Assembly: GCA_013204585.1 (NCBI GenBank)
Contig: JABMNL010000053.1
Span: 1,260 to 65,259 of the forward strand
Source of the DNA: SAR202 cluster bacterium
GTDB taxonomy: Bacteria; Chloroflexota; Dehalococcoidia; Lucifugimonadales; UBA3495
Direction of reading: 5' to 3'
DNA length: 64,000 bases
A program made the translations under genes and the position numbers. The notes below the pieces were generated by a model, which did no database searches, had not been told where the DNA came from, and saw only the letters and a list, made by a program, of their open reading frames with translations. This document shows, piece after piece, positions 19,307 to 28,404 of the stretch; position 1 is the stretch's first letter, and every line of letters begins with the position of its first letter.

Positions 19307-20428
19307 CTAGCCCTGCAAATCTTGGTAATTATTCCCGCTATCACGCTGTGGGTAACCAATTATGAGCCAATCCTGGCCTATTTGCTCCATTCGTGTGTGG
19401 GCCAGCCGCCAGGCGTTGGCCATGAGGGTTACTCCCTGGCCTTCAACCGGGGACAGGGACGTTTCGCCGCCCACAATTATGGGGGCGATGAAGGCGTAGA
19501 CCTTGTCCACTAGCCCGCCGTCGAAGAATGCCCCGTGCACCGAGCCGCCACCCTCCACCAACAGGTTGACCACCCCTCTGGAACCCAGGTGAGCCAGCAA
19601 TGCTGGCAAGTCTACTCGCCTGTCCTCTCCAGTGGGGAGCACGACCACCTCTGCTCCCGCTTGCTCCAAGGCCTCGATTCGTCTGTCCGGGGCAGACTCG
19701 GTGGTGGCGATGAGCGTGGATCCCGGTTGCCGGAACATGACGGCCCCGGTTGGGGTTTGGCAGGTGCTATCCAATACAACCCGAATCGGCTGGCGTTCCA
19801 CGGGATTGCCGTCGTCGTCCCGGGAGGTCAAGTATGGGTCGTCCATCAACGCGGTGGTGACGCCGACCAATATGGCGTCGCAGGTCCGGCGCATTTGTTG
19901 GACAAATCCCCTGGCCTCGGGTCCGGTTACCCACTTGGAATCGCCGGTGTGGGTGGCAATCTTCCCGTCCAGGGTCATGGCGAATTTGGTGGTGACGAAC
20001 GGAGTGCCAGTGGCGATGTGCTTGGCGAATGCCTCGTACAACTCACGCGCACCATCGGCCTCTTCCTCGACAACCTTGATGCCAGCGGCGGCCAGTTCGT
20101 CGCGTCCGTTTCCTGACACGGCGGGATTAGGGTCGATGACCGCGAAATGAACCTCCGCGATGCCCGCTTGAATGATTGCTTTGGTGCAGGGTGGGGTGCG
20201 TCCCCAGGTGCAGCAAGGCTCCAAGGTCGTGTAGAGGGTGGAGCCTTTGGCCAAGTCCGAGGCCTGTTTCAGGGCGACTATCTCGGCATGGTCGTGACCG
20301 GCGGGCTGTGTTGCGCCAACACCAATCTCAACCCCGTCTTTGACCAACACCGCGCCCACTGCGGGATTGGGGCTGGTAGCCCCCATAACCTCATGGGCCA
20401 ATTCGACGGCCCGTTGCATATGGCTCAT
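19307..20428 (-). CDS. ribD: Riboflavin biosynthesis deaminase/reductase
   Basis: SPNPAVG, HAE, TLEPCC..GRTPPC, VEGGG. Confidence 0.96.
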   Translation of the reverse strand: MSHMQRAVELAHEVMGATSPNPAVGAVLVKDGVEIGVGATQPAGHDHAEIVALKQASDLAKGSTLYTTLEPCCTWGRTPPCTKAIIQAGIAEVHFAVIDPNPAVSGNGRDELAAAGIKVVEEEADGARELYEAFAKHIATGTPFVTTKFAMTLDGKIATHTGDSKWVTGPEARGFVQQMRRTCDAILVGVTTALMDDPYLTSRDDDGNPVERQPIRVVLDSTCQTPTGAVMFRQPGSTLIATTESAPDRRIEALEQAGAEVVVLPTGEDRRVDLPALLAHLGSRGVVNLLVEGGGSVHGAFFDGGLVDKVYAFIAPIIVGGETSLSPVEGQGVTLMANAWRLAHTRMEQIGQDWLIIGYPQRDSGNNYQDLQG

Positions 20429-20436
20429 GGCCTGGC

Positions 20437-21024
20437 TTAAGATGCCGTGTCGGATTTAGTTCGGTCGAAATCCTGATGGAACCGGCTGGCGGTTGGGTCG
20501 GTCTGGCCCTGGTACTTGCTGCCCAGAGATTCGGAGCCATAAAGACGATCGGCTGGGGTGCTGAGGCGCAGGTATGAAATTTGGCCAATCTTCATGCCGT
20601 AGTAAAGGGTGATGGGCAGCCGGGCCAGGTTGCTCAATTCTAGGGTTAGATTCCCCCTCCAACCTGGGTCTACGAACCCGGCGGTGGAGTGAATCACCAG
20701 GCCGATGCGGCCCAGGCTGCTCTTGCCCTCTAGGCGGGCCACCAAGTCATCGGGTAGCTCGATGTTCTCCAAGGTACTGCCGAGCACAAACTCGCCGGGA
20801 TGGAGTATGAACGGGCTGTCGTCTTGAATCTCGACCATATGGGTCAGGTCGTCCAGGCTCTGTTTGACGTCGATATAGGGTCGGCGGGAGTTGGCGAAAA
20901 CTAGGAGCTTACGGTCCAGGTGGAGGTCCACGCTGGCCGGTTGGATGTCATTTGGATCGAGAGGCGAGATTACGATACGCCCCTTGGCCAGCTCCTCTTT
21001 GATTGACCGGTCGCTTAAGACCAT
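20437..21024 (-). CDS. dcd: dCTP deaminase
   Basis: MVLSDR start after [36 protein letters not shown]. Confidence 0.95.
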   Translation of the reverse strand: MVLSDRSIKEELAKGRIVISPLDPNDIQPASVDLHLDRKLLVFANSRRPYIDVKQSLDDLTHMVEIQDDSPFILHPGEFVLGSTLENIELPDDLVARLEGKSSLGRIGLVIHSTAGFVDPGWRGNLTLELSNLARLPITLYYGMKIGQISYLRLSTPADRLYGSESLGSKYQGQTDPTASRFHQDFDRTKSDTAS

Positions 21025-21132
21025 GTTTCTCCCGCTGTGAATTCTAATGGGTAAATTATAATGGGTTATGGGTAGCGAAATTCTAGCAACCCTGGTATTG
21101 CCCCGCAAGTCGAATTGGCTGGAGTCGGCAGC

Positions 21133-21164
21133 AAAAAGGGCGGGGTTAATCAAAACCCCGCCCT
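21133..21164 (-). terminator. Intrinsic terminator downstream of the SIMPL gene
   Basis: agggcggggtt/aaccccgccct stem followed by a T-run on the minus strand. Confidence 0.8.
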
Positions 21165-21215
21165 AACGCCGTGGAATTTACTTAGCTTCTAGTTGCTTAT
21201 TCCCCGTTATAAAAA

Positions 21216-22193
21216 CTAAGGGGCGATGTCGAAGACTCCCTGCACGCTCACGTTCACATCCAATTCTCCGGCCTGAATACTGGTGGACTGGTCGGCGGCG
21301 AACCCAGAGTATGCTTGAGACTCAAGCCTGGCGTAGGAAACCGGAGAATTGCCACCGGTCTCGGTTAGGAAGACCAATTTCCCTAGTTCAACCCCGGCCG
21401 ACTTGGCCATGGCCTTGGCTTTGGCCAGCATGTCGGCGATGGCTTCTTCTCGCGCCTCATTTTGGAGGGGCTTGTTGTCTTCGATGGTGAAATTGACGCC
21501 GTTGACGCGGGTTAGGTCTCCCGCGGCCTCGGTCACTCCGTCGATGATGGTACCCATGTTGTCCAGGTCGCGGATCTTAACTGACAAAGTGTTGGTCACC
21601 TGGTAACCGATGAGAATCCTTTCGAATTCCACCCGGCACTCGTTTCCCTTGGATTCTTGTACAACAATCATTTCCACAATGTCGCCAGACGCCCCAGGAA
21701 CTGGCATAGGCGTTTCAGAAGTTGAGCCTTGATTAGAGGAAGCGTCGGTGCATTTGGTCACTTCCTGGTTGGTGTACCGGGGGCTAATGTTGAAGTAACT
21801 GGTCTGTATGTCCCGGTCTTCAATGTCGTTGTTCTTCAGGACTACGATTGCGCTGGCGATTGCGCTGGCCGCTTGCCCACGGGCCTCAGACGCCGAGTCG
21901 GCCAGTGCTTCAACGCCTAGGTTAATGATGCCCAGATCCGGCGCACCGCTGGCCTTACCAGTTCCGTTGACCCAGATGCCGGTGCTGGCGCTGGAACCAG
22001 ACTGGAGTAGCTGGGCGACCGCTGCGGAGCCACCGTTAGAAGACAACAGATTGGATAGGTCGGCTGGCGAAACTCCGCCGGCGGTTCCAGTCCCATCGTT
22101 GTTGCCGGAACTACAGGCCACCGCCAAGAGCAGGGCCAGGGCTGTTCCCAAGACGATTAGCATCTTTTTACTTTGTATTACTGCATGGAACAT
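21216..22193 (-). CDS. SIMPL (DUF541) domain lipoprotein
   Basis: LAVAC lipobox, IWVNGTG..PD, DIQTS.FNISP, AREEAIAD..AKA. Confidence 0.85.
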   Translation of the reverse strand: MFHAVIQSKKMLIVLGTALALLLAVACSSGNNDGTGTAGGVSPADLSNLLSSNGGSAAVAQLLQSGSSASTGIWVNGTGKASGAPDLGIINLGVEALADSASEARGQAASAIASAIVVLKNNDIEDRDIQTSYFNISPRYTNQEVTKCTDASSNQGSTSETPMPVPGASGDIVEMIVVQESKGNECRVEFERILIGYQVTNTLSVKIRDLDNMGTIIDGVTEAAGDLTRVNGVNFTIEDNKPLQNEAREEAIADMLAKAKAMAKSAGVELGKLVFLTETGGNSPVSYARLESQAYSGFAADQSTSIQAGELDVNVSVQGVFDIAP

Positions 22194-22284
22194 CGGTGTT
22201 CATCTCTCCTAAGTTTCTCGCCGACGTGGTTTGAAAATTTCGTTCGGCGGCAAATTTCGTTCGGCGGCATGGCTTACATCACTT

Positions 22285-22313
22285 AAGACGGAGGTGCGGT
22301 CGAAAAAGTTCCC
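22285..22313 (-). promoter_or_regulatory. ECF sigma promoter for SIMPL
   Basis: Minus strand GGGAACTTTTtcgaccgcaccTCCGTCtt; GGAAC-17-CGTC, same as 23355..23383. Confidence 0.75.
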
Positions 22314-22360
22314 GAGTTCCTCAAATTGGTGAATCGACGGGACCGCCGGAGCACCGTGAC

Positions 22361-23338
22361 CTAAGCCGAGTCGCGGCGATTGGTGCGCCAGTGGAGTGCC
22401 AGCCCGACCGCGAAGGCCACAGTAAGCGCACCGGCACCTGCTTCTAACACCCGCCACCAGATTGAAGTGGGTCCGTTTGCGTTCTGGTCAAAAAACTCCG
22501 GCACAGGGGATTCTGCCGCAGCATCCGTGGGCAACGATTTTGCGGTTTCGTCCTGAGGTATGAAGACAGGCGGGCTCTCTCTGTAAGGTTCCGGTGCACT
22601 GGTCGTGCTCTGTGGCTCTTGAGATTGGCCGTCCTCCGGGGTATTGGAGGTTAGTCCTGGCTCAGCTCTTGCGGATTCGATGGGGGCGGTTGCCGAGTTC
22701 TGGGACTCTGAATCAGTCGAGGAAACCGCCGGAGCAGATGTTGGGGCAGCGAACCCCTCACCCTGTAAGACCGTGATGCCACCAGCTTGCTCGTCCGGTA
22801 CTGCCGAATCGGCAGTGGCCGCAGCCGGAGCTTCGGCCGTCATCGACGTCGGGGCCATTTCCGTATCGCCCAATCCGGAAGTGGCCTCGGCGGCTCCCCC
22901 AGATGTGCCGATGGTGGTGATTGTCTGGTCTGATTCGGGCGCGGGAGACATGGCGGTCACGGCAAAGTCCCGGCGGAGCGGGTCAGACGATAGTCCGCCG
23001 GTGGCGTCCATTGAAACCGTTACCGCCAGAGCAAGGGCGGCGACGGACGCTGCCCCGGCGTAAACCCAATTGGGTGCCCGTAATACTAAGAACGGTTGGG
23101 AACGCACCGGTTCCGGTGGCGGAGCGCTCATCACGAAGCTGCGGCGTGGTGTCTCCATGGGCAACTGCCGCATCATGGCCACCGTGGCTTGCAACTCTTC
23201 TAGCTCTTGGCGGCAGGCGTCACATTCCCCCAGCCGCTGTTCGACCCTTTCCAGGCCGGTTCCTTGCAGCCGTCCGTCCAGATACTCGCTGAGCGTGTCC
23301 TGGTTAATATGCTTATGTGCTGATTTAAATAGCCACAT
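22361..23338 (-). CDS. Zinc-finger (zf-HC2-like) anti-sigma factor, membrane anchored
   Basis: LSEYLDGRL...CDACRQEL, TM helix, low-complexity region, C-terminal TM helix. Confidence 0.85.
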   Translation of the reverse strand: MWLFKSAHKHINQDTLSEYLDGRLQGTGLERVEQRLGECDACRQELEELQATVAMMRQLPMETPRRSFVMSAPPPEPVRSQPFLVLRAPNWVYAGAASVAALALAVTVSMDATGGLSSDPLRRDFAVTAMSPAPESDQTITTIGTSGGAAEATSGLGDTEMAPTSMTAEAPAAATADSAVPDEQAGGITVLQGEGFAAPTSAPAVSSTDSESQNSATAPIESARAEPGLTSNTPEDGQSQEPQSTTSAPEPYRESPPVFIPQDETAKSLPTDAAAESPVPEFFDQNANGPTSIWWRVLEAGAGALTVAFAVGLALHWRTNRRDSA

Positions 23339-23345
23339 AGCTCTT

Positions 23346-23972
23346 CTACTCTTCTTGACGGAAGCGGGAGGGTAAAAGTTCCCCGGTCTGCCGGAGGTAG
23401 TCGCGGAGACCGCCCCGGCCACGGCTAACCCGAGACTTGACGGTGCCTAGCGAACAATTCATGGACTCGGCCGCTTCTTCATAGCTAAGACCCTGCACGT
23501 CGACAAGCAAGATAGCCAACCGCTGGTCCGTTTGGAGGGTGTCCAGCCCGGCCTGGATGGTATCTCGGAGTTCCGATTGCTCGGCACGGTCTTCGGGCGA
23601 TGGGTCTTTGGAGGGGATGTCCAAGGCGCTGGGGCCTTGCGGCTCTTCACCGTCGCCGGTGGGTAGCGGGTCCAACGAAATGGCAGGCCGGGCCTTGCGG
23701 GAACGAAGCATGTCCCGGCAGGTGTTGGAGACGATTCTTAGCATCCACGCGGTGAGGTTCTCGCCCCTAAATCGGTTATACGCGCGATAAGCCGAGACAA
23801 AGCTCTCTTGTACCGCGTCCTCCGCCAGAGCCCAGTCGCTCAGCATTCGGCGGGCCAAGTTATACGCCTGAATCTGGTGGGTCTCAATAACGCAGTTGAA
23901 ACAGTTGACCTGTCCCGACTGGTCTTTGACCTGTAGGTTGGCGTGGGGTGACGTGTGGGTAATTAGGGCCAT
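23346..23972 (-). CDS. ECF RNA polymerase sigma factor (SigM/SigW-like)
   Basis: AEDAVQESF, WMLRIVSNTCRD, GLSYEEAA..GTVKSRVSRGR. Confidence 0.93.
   Translation of the reverse strand: MALITHTSPHANLQVKDQSGQVNCFNCVIETHQIQAYNLARRMLSDWALAEDAVQESFVSAYRAYNRFRGENLTAWMLRIVSNTCRDMLRSRKARPAISLDPLPTGDGEEPQGPSALDIPSKDPSPEDRAEQSELRDTIQAGLDTLQTDQRLAILLVDVQGLSYEEAAESMNCSLGTVKSRVSRGRGGLRDYLRQTGELLPSRFRQEE
23355..23383 (-). promoter_or_regulatory. ECF promoter embedded in the last codons of the sigma gene, facing the anti-sigma gene
   Basis: Minus strand GGGAACTTTTaccctcccgctTCCGTCaa; GGAAC-17-CGTC. Confidence 0.7.
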
Positions 23973-24120
23973 CAACGAACGATATGCTGACTGGGGATGC
24001 GAACTGAGGCGACATGAGCGCCCCGCCACAAAATTTTACCGTGCCGCCGTCGGCTATCGTCCGTGTTTGCCGGTCTGATTTGCCCTGAATTACCCTTGGC
24101 CTAACTGCCCTTGCTGTGAA

Positions 24121-25350
24121 TTAGCCTTGGAAAGAAACCCTGCCGTCCAAAAGTCCACGGGCCATGACGAACTTGTGAATCTCGGAAGTTCCGCCGCCAA
24201 TGCGCGCGTGGCGCAGAATGTGGTACCAGTGGGCGATGGGCAGGTCTAGGGTCTCTCCGGTTCCTCCGAAGACCTGCATTATCTTGTCGATGCTCCGCCA
24301 GCCCCATTCCCCGGCGCAGTACTTAATCATGGAGGCCTCGACCCGCACATCTTCGTCGTTGTCGGCCCTGGTGGCTATCTCCCTGGTAGATGCACGAAGA
24401 GTCATGATGTCGATGTAAACATCGGTAAGCATCCATTGGATGGCCTGGCGGTCGGCGATGGGCCGTCCGTAGGTTACCCGTTCCTTGGACCAAGCAATGG
24501 CCATCTCCAAAGCTCGACTCAGAATGCCGGTGGCCATGGAGCCGCGCAACAACCGGTCGTGGTGTACCAGCCATTTCTGTCCGAGGGTAAACCCCTGGCC
24601 AACCTCGCCCAGCACCTTGGTCCGGGGCACGCGGACGTTGTCCAGGTTAATGGTGAACTGCTGGGCCTTGGTGGGGTTTACCCAAAGCCGGATTGGGTCG
24701 AAGCTCATGCCTGGCGAAGGGTTGTCGACGATGAACATGGTGATGCCGCCGCGCTGTCGTTTTTCCGGGTCGGTCACCGCCTGCACCAGAATGTAATCGG
24801 CGGAGGCGGCGCCAGATATAAAGGTCTTGGTGCCGTTTAGCACCCACTCATCGCCGTCTAACACTGCCCGTGTTTGCATCATTCCGCCGGGGTCGGAGCC
24901 AGCCTGGGGTTCGGTCTGACCGAAAGCGTAGTGCAGCCTGCCATCGACTGACGGCAGCAGGTACTCCCGTTCTTGTTCGGGGGTGGCCGCGCCAATCATC
25001 ATCATCGGCACCGGAGAGGTCGGGAGTTGCACGATGCTCTTGTGCACTTCTTCGTCTAAGACAACGTGACCCAAGGCCCCCATGCCGCCGCCGCCGTATT
25101 CTTCGGGAACAAAGGATGTGTAGATACCGGTGTCTTTTGAGACCTTGTTTAGGCGGTCCCAAGTCTCTTTGGGCAGGGTGCCTAGCAGTCCAGAAAGCGC
25201 CTCGGCGATTCCCCTGGGCGCGCCTTCATCTCCGCCTTCTTGGGACGGGTTGGCCAAGAACTCGGCCTCCAGCGGGTAGCATTCGTCTTTTACAATCTGT
25301 CGGATGGTGTTCTTAAGGGCATCAAGTTCAGGGGGGAGGCCAGCTTCCAT
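24121..25350 (-). CDS. Acyl-CoA dehydrogenase family protein
   Basis: FGQTEPQAGSD, LNGTKTFIS, QAIQWML, RIGGGTSEI. Confidence 0.93.
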   Translation of the reverse strand: MEAGLPPELDALKNTIRQIVKDECYPLEAEFLANPSQEGGDEGAPRGIAEALSGLLGTLPKETWDRLNKVSKDTGIYTSFVPEEYGGGGMGALGHVVLDEEVHKSIVQLPTSPVPMMMIGAATPEQEREYLLPSVDGRLHYAFGQTEPQAGSDPGGMMQTRAVLDGDEWVLNGTKTFISGAASADYILVQAVTDPEKRQRGGITMFIVDNPSPGMSFDPIRLWVNPTKAQQFTINLDNVRVPRTKVLGEVGQGFTLGQKWLVHHDRLLRGSMATGILSRALEMAIAWSKERVTYGRPIADRQAIQWMLTDVYIDIMTLRASTREIATRADNDEDVRVEASMIKYCAGEWGWRSIDKIMQVFGGTGETLDLPIAHWYHILRHARIGGGTSEIHKFVMARGLLDGRVSFQG

Positions 25351-25532
25351 GAGTACATTCTCCGTTGCGACTTGGTTTAGGCAACAAGAACATACGGCGC
25401 AGAGCGGCCCGAGGTCAACAGGTCAAAGGGATATGCGGGAGTTGGAGGAGCGGGGTCGCCGGAGAAGCGGGATTACGGATTTACGGAATTACAGGAGCGC
25501 CTTTACGCCTTTACAGGAGCGCCTTTACGCCT

Positions 25533-25739
25533 TTAATGGAAGGGGCAGACGTATCTGAAGGCGCTGGTGGCGCGGCTGTCGTCTTTGGCAGTGCCAATTT
25601 GGTTGGTGTAGCTGCCGAAGGCGGTGTTGGACGCGCCAGGTTCTTCCGCCACAGCTTGGCTAATGGCCGCCGCTGCCGTGGCAACGATGGACAAGGACAG
25701 CAGTCCAATGACAAATATTGCGACTAGTTTCGGTTTCAT
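25533..25739 (-). CDS. Small secreted/membrane peptide ending in YVCPFH
   Basis: Signal-peptide-like N-terminus; alternative in-frame ATG at 25799. Confidence 0.5.
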   Translation of the reverse strand: MKPKLVAIFVIGLLSLSIVATAAAAISQAVAEEPGASNTAFGSYTNQIGTAKDDSRATSAFRYVCPFH

Positions 25740-25976
25740 AAAAAAAACGGACTTCGAGCAAAACACGGACTTAAGGTCTGCTACACTATCGCCTGTCATA
25801 TAATCGACGATGGGTTGTTATCAATTTTACACTGGCAGTCGGGTGAATTCTAGGGTGTAGGCCGAATTTTCAGGCTGTGGGACGGGCAAAGCGAGGGCAA
25901 GATTTTGAAGCTCTCATGCTAGAATAAAGCCCTATTTACGCTCATATGAACAACCCGCAGATTTCGGATTAGGCAG

Positions 25977-27335
25977 ATGCAATTCCGTAACCTCCCCAGT
26001 GTTGACAGTATTTTGGCTAACCAGGATGTGGCCGCCGCCGCCCAGTCCTATGACCGTGACTGGGTTGTCGACTTGGTCCGGGAGTCCCTAGATGCGGCGC
26101 GAGAGCAGATTAGGCAAGGCGGCGATTCGCCCGACGCCAAGCACATTGCCATGTCAGTCTGCCAGCGGATAGAAGACACCATGCGGGCCGAGCCGAGGCA
26201 GGTGATTAATGCCACTGGGGTGGTTATTCACACCAACCTGGGGCGCGCTCCTTTGAGCCGGGCCGCCATTGAAGCCGCCACCCAAGCAGCTCAAGGGTAT
26301 TCCAACCTGGAACTGGACTTGTCCACCGGACGACGCGGTTCCCGGCAGGCCCATCTACAGTCGCTGTTATGCCAGATTACTGGCGCTGAAGCGGCCATGG
26401 CCGTCAATAACAACGCATCGGCCATGCTCTTGGGTCTGTCGGCGTTAGCCGCTGGCAAAGAGGTGATTGTCTCCCGGTCAGAGGCTGTGGAAATTGGTGG
26501 TGGGTTCCGAGTCCCAGATGTTCTGCGGCAGAGCGGCGGGACTTTGGTAGATGTTGGCACCACCAACCGCACCTACGTCCGTGACTATGACGAGGCGGTT
26601 ACCGAGAACACTGCCGCATTTTTGAAGGTCCACACCAGCAATTTCCGGGTTGAGGGTTTCACCGCGTCCGTCGAAACCACAGATTTAGTGGAGGTGGGCC
26701 AGAGGCGCGGAATCCCAGTTCTCCACGACGTGGGCAGCGGTAGTCTGCTGCTGACCGAGAAATACGGCATGGCCCACGAGCCGACACCCCAAGAAAGCGT
26801 CAAGGACGGCTCCGGTCTGGTCTTTTTCTCAGGAGATAAGCTGCTGGGAGGCCCTCAGGCAGGGATTGTAGTCGGCAAGAAAGACTTGGTTGACCGGTTG
26901 GCGCGGCACCCGCTGGCCAGGGCGGTACGCATCGACAAGCTCAGCTTGGCCAGTCTAACCGCCACGTTGGTCCACTACCTACGCGGCGAGGCTGAGCAAG
27001 AGATACCGGTTTGGCGCATGATAGCTACGCCCGAGGCTGACCTCAAGAAAAGGGCCGAGTCTTGGCAGTCGGGCTTGGAGTGTCCTTCATTGGTGGTAGA
27101 GAGCCGGTCGGCAGTCGGCGGTGGCAGCCTCCCCGGAGAGACCCTACCGTCTTGGGTGCTATCAATAGACTGTCAGGAGACCGGGCCGGAAGAAGTAATG
27201 CGTCGTTTACGGGAGTGCAATCCCCCGGTGGTCGCCCGGATTGATGAAGACCGTGTATTGTTGGACCCGCGCACCGTTCTGCCCGAAGAGGATGGGCCGT
27301 TGCTGGACGCGTTACGGTCTGCGGTAGCCCAATGA
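25977..27335 (+). CDS. selA: L-seryl-tRNA(Sec) selenium transferase
   Basis: VINATGVVIHTNLGRAPL, EIGGGFRVP, FSGDKLLGGPQAG. Confidence 0.97.
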   Translation: MQFRNLPSVDSILANQDVAAAAQSYDRDWVVDLVRESLDAAREQIRQGGDSPDAKHIAMSVCQRIEDTMRAEPRQVINATGVVIHTNLGRAPLSRAAIEAATQAAQGYSNLELDLSTGRRGSRQAHLQSLLCQITGAEAAMAVNNNASAMLLGLSALAAGKEVIVSRSEAVEIGGGFRVPDVLRQSGGTLVDVGTTNRTYVRDYDEAVTENTAAFLKVHTSNFRVEGFTASVETTDLVEVGQRRGIPVLHDVGSGSLLLTEKYGMAHEPTPQESVKDGSGLVFFSGDKLLGGPQAGIVVGKKDLVDRLARHPLARAVRIDKLSLASLTATLVHYLRGEAEQEIPVWRMIATPEADLKKRAESWQSGLECPSLVVESRSAVGGGSLPGETLPSWVLSIDCQETGPEEVMRRLRECNPPVVARIDEDRVLLDPRTVLPEEDGPLLDALRSAVAQ

Positions 27336-27379
27336 TTCGCCTGCTAAGCAATGCAGAAATATACCGATAAGGAACCTGG

Positions 27380-28138
27380 ATGACCGATTATCTACTGGTA
27401 CATGGCGCGGGACAGGGAGCGTGGAGTTGGGGCCCGGTTTGGGGACACCTGACTGCTCCAGAGGAGCACCCGCCCACGTTGCACAAACACCGCCGGGCCA
27501 GCCGGGTACACCCCATTGACCTTCCAGGTCACGGCTCAGACGCTGGCGGAGATACCGCTGCGGTGCGGCTGGAAGAATGCGTCCAGGCAATTACAAAGGC
27601 TGTGGAAAGGGAGCAGCTGAAAAACCTAATATTAGTCGGCCACGGAATCGCCGCTAGTTTGGTGATTCAGGCGGCCAAAGAGCTGACTGTGCCGCCCAAG
27701 CGGGTGGTGTTGGTGGCTGGAATAATTCCGGCAGCTCAGCGTCCGTTGCTCAGCGCTTACTCTCCCCGAATGCGGGCAGCGTTCAGCCTGTTTTCGGCCC
27801 TTAGTTCTTTGTCGCGTCAGGAATTTAAGTTACCCCGTCCAGTTATTAACGGGTTTGTGTGCAACGGTATGGACCCTATGGAAGTCGTACAGCTGGTGGG
27901 GTTCTTTGGCCCATTACCGACCAGGGTTCTGAAATCGCGCTACCCAGTGGCGGACTCGACGCTGCCCTGCCCTGTGACCTACGTGGTGCTGACCGAGGAC
28001 AAAATGATTCCGCGAGACGAACAGCTGCGCATTGCCGAGCGGTTCGAGGGCGTGGAAACAGTTGAGATTGAGTCGTGCCACCAGGTAATGGCCCGACGTC
28101 CCAAGGAATTAGCCGAGGTGTTGCTTCGGTACGCCTAA
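27380..28138 (+). CDS. Alpha/beta hydrolase-fold protein without catalytic Ser
   Basis: LVHGAGQGAWSW, DLPGHG, elbow LVGHGIAA; Asp (EDKMIP) and His (SCHQ) retained. Confidence 0.8.
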   Translation: MTDYLLVHGAGQGAWSWGPVWGHLTAPEEHPPTLHKHRRASRVHPIDLPGHGSDAGGDTAAVRLEECVQAITKAVEREQLKNLILVGHGIAASLVIQAAKELTVPPKRVVLVAGIIPAAQRPLLSAYSPRMRAAFSLFSALSSLSRQEFKLPRPVINGFVCNGMDPMEVVQLVGFFGPLPTRVLKSRYPVADSTLPCPVTYVVLTEDKMIPRDEQLRIAERFEGVETVEIESCHQVMARRPKELAEVLLRYA

Positions 28139-28168
28139 AGTAAATAGTCCGCCACAAATCTTGCCATC

Positions 28169-28307
28169 GTAGGGGCGGGTTTGTAACCCGCCCTGCTTAG
28201 CAGGAAACCATGTTCACTAAAGAGCCTATCCCTTTTCATTCTGGCATGGTTTTGGTTCTTTAAGCTCGGTAGGCAGATGACAGGGCGGGTCTGAAACCCG
28301 CCCCAAC
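28169..28307. mobile_element. REPIN-like element: inverted pair of GTAG-family REP palindromes
   Basis: gtaggggcgggtttgtaacccgccct ... cagggcgggtctgaaacccgccccaac; sister copy at 38776. Confidence 0.75.
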
Positions 28308-28335
28308 AGTATATTTGCCACGAGCATACTAGGGG

Positions 28336-28373
28336 AAAAATAAAAGGGTCCGCCGTAACGGCGAACCCTTTTT
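28336..28373. terminator. Intrinsic terminator downstream of groEL
   Basis: aaaagggtccgccg-taa-cggcgaaccctttt stem with A/T tails. Confidence 0.85.
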
Positions 28374-28404
28374 GTTGCTGTGGGATTTGATCGCGGCCTA
28401 GTGC

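Noticed and set aside
21133-21166. FMN riboswitch (AGGGCGGGGT) ahead of the rib operon
   Set aside because: The remaining aptamer motifs are absent; it is a terminator hairpin upstream of the promoter
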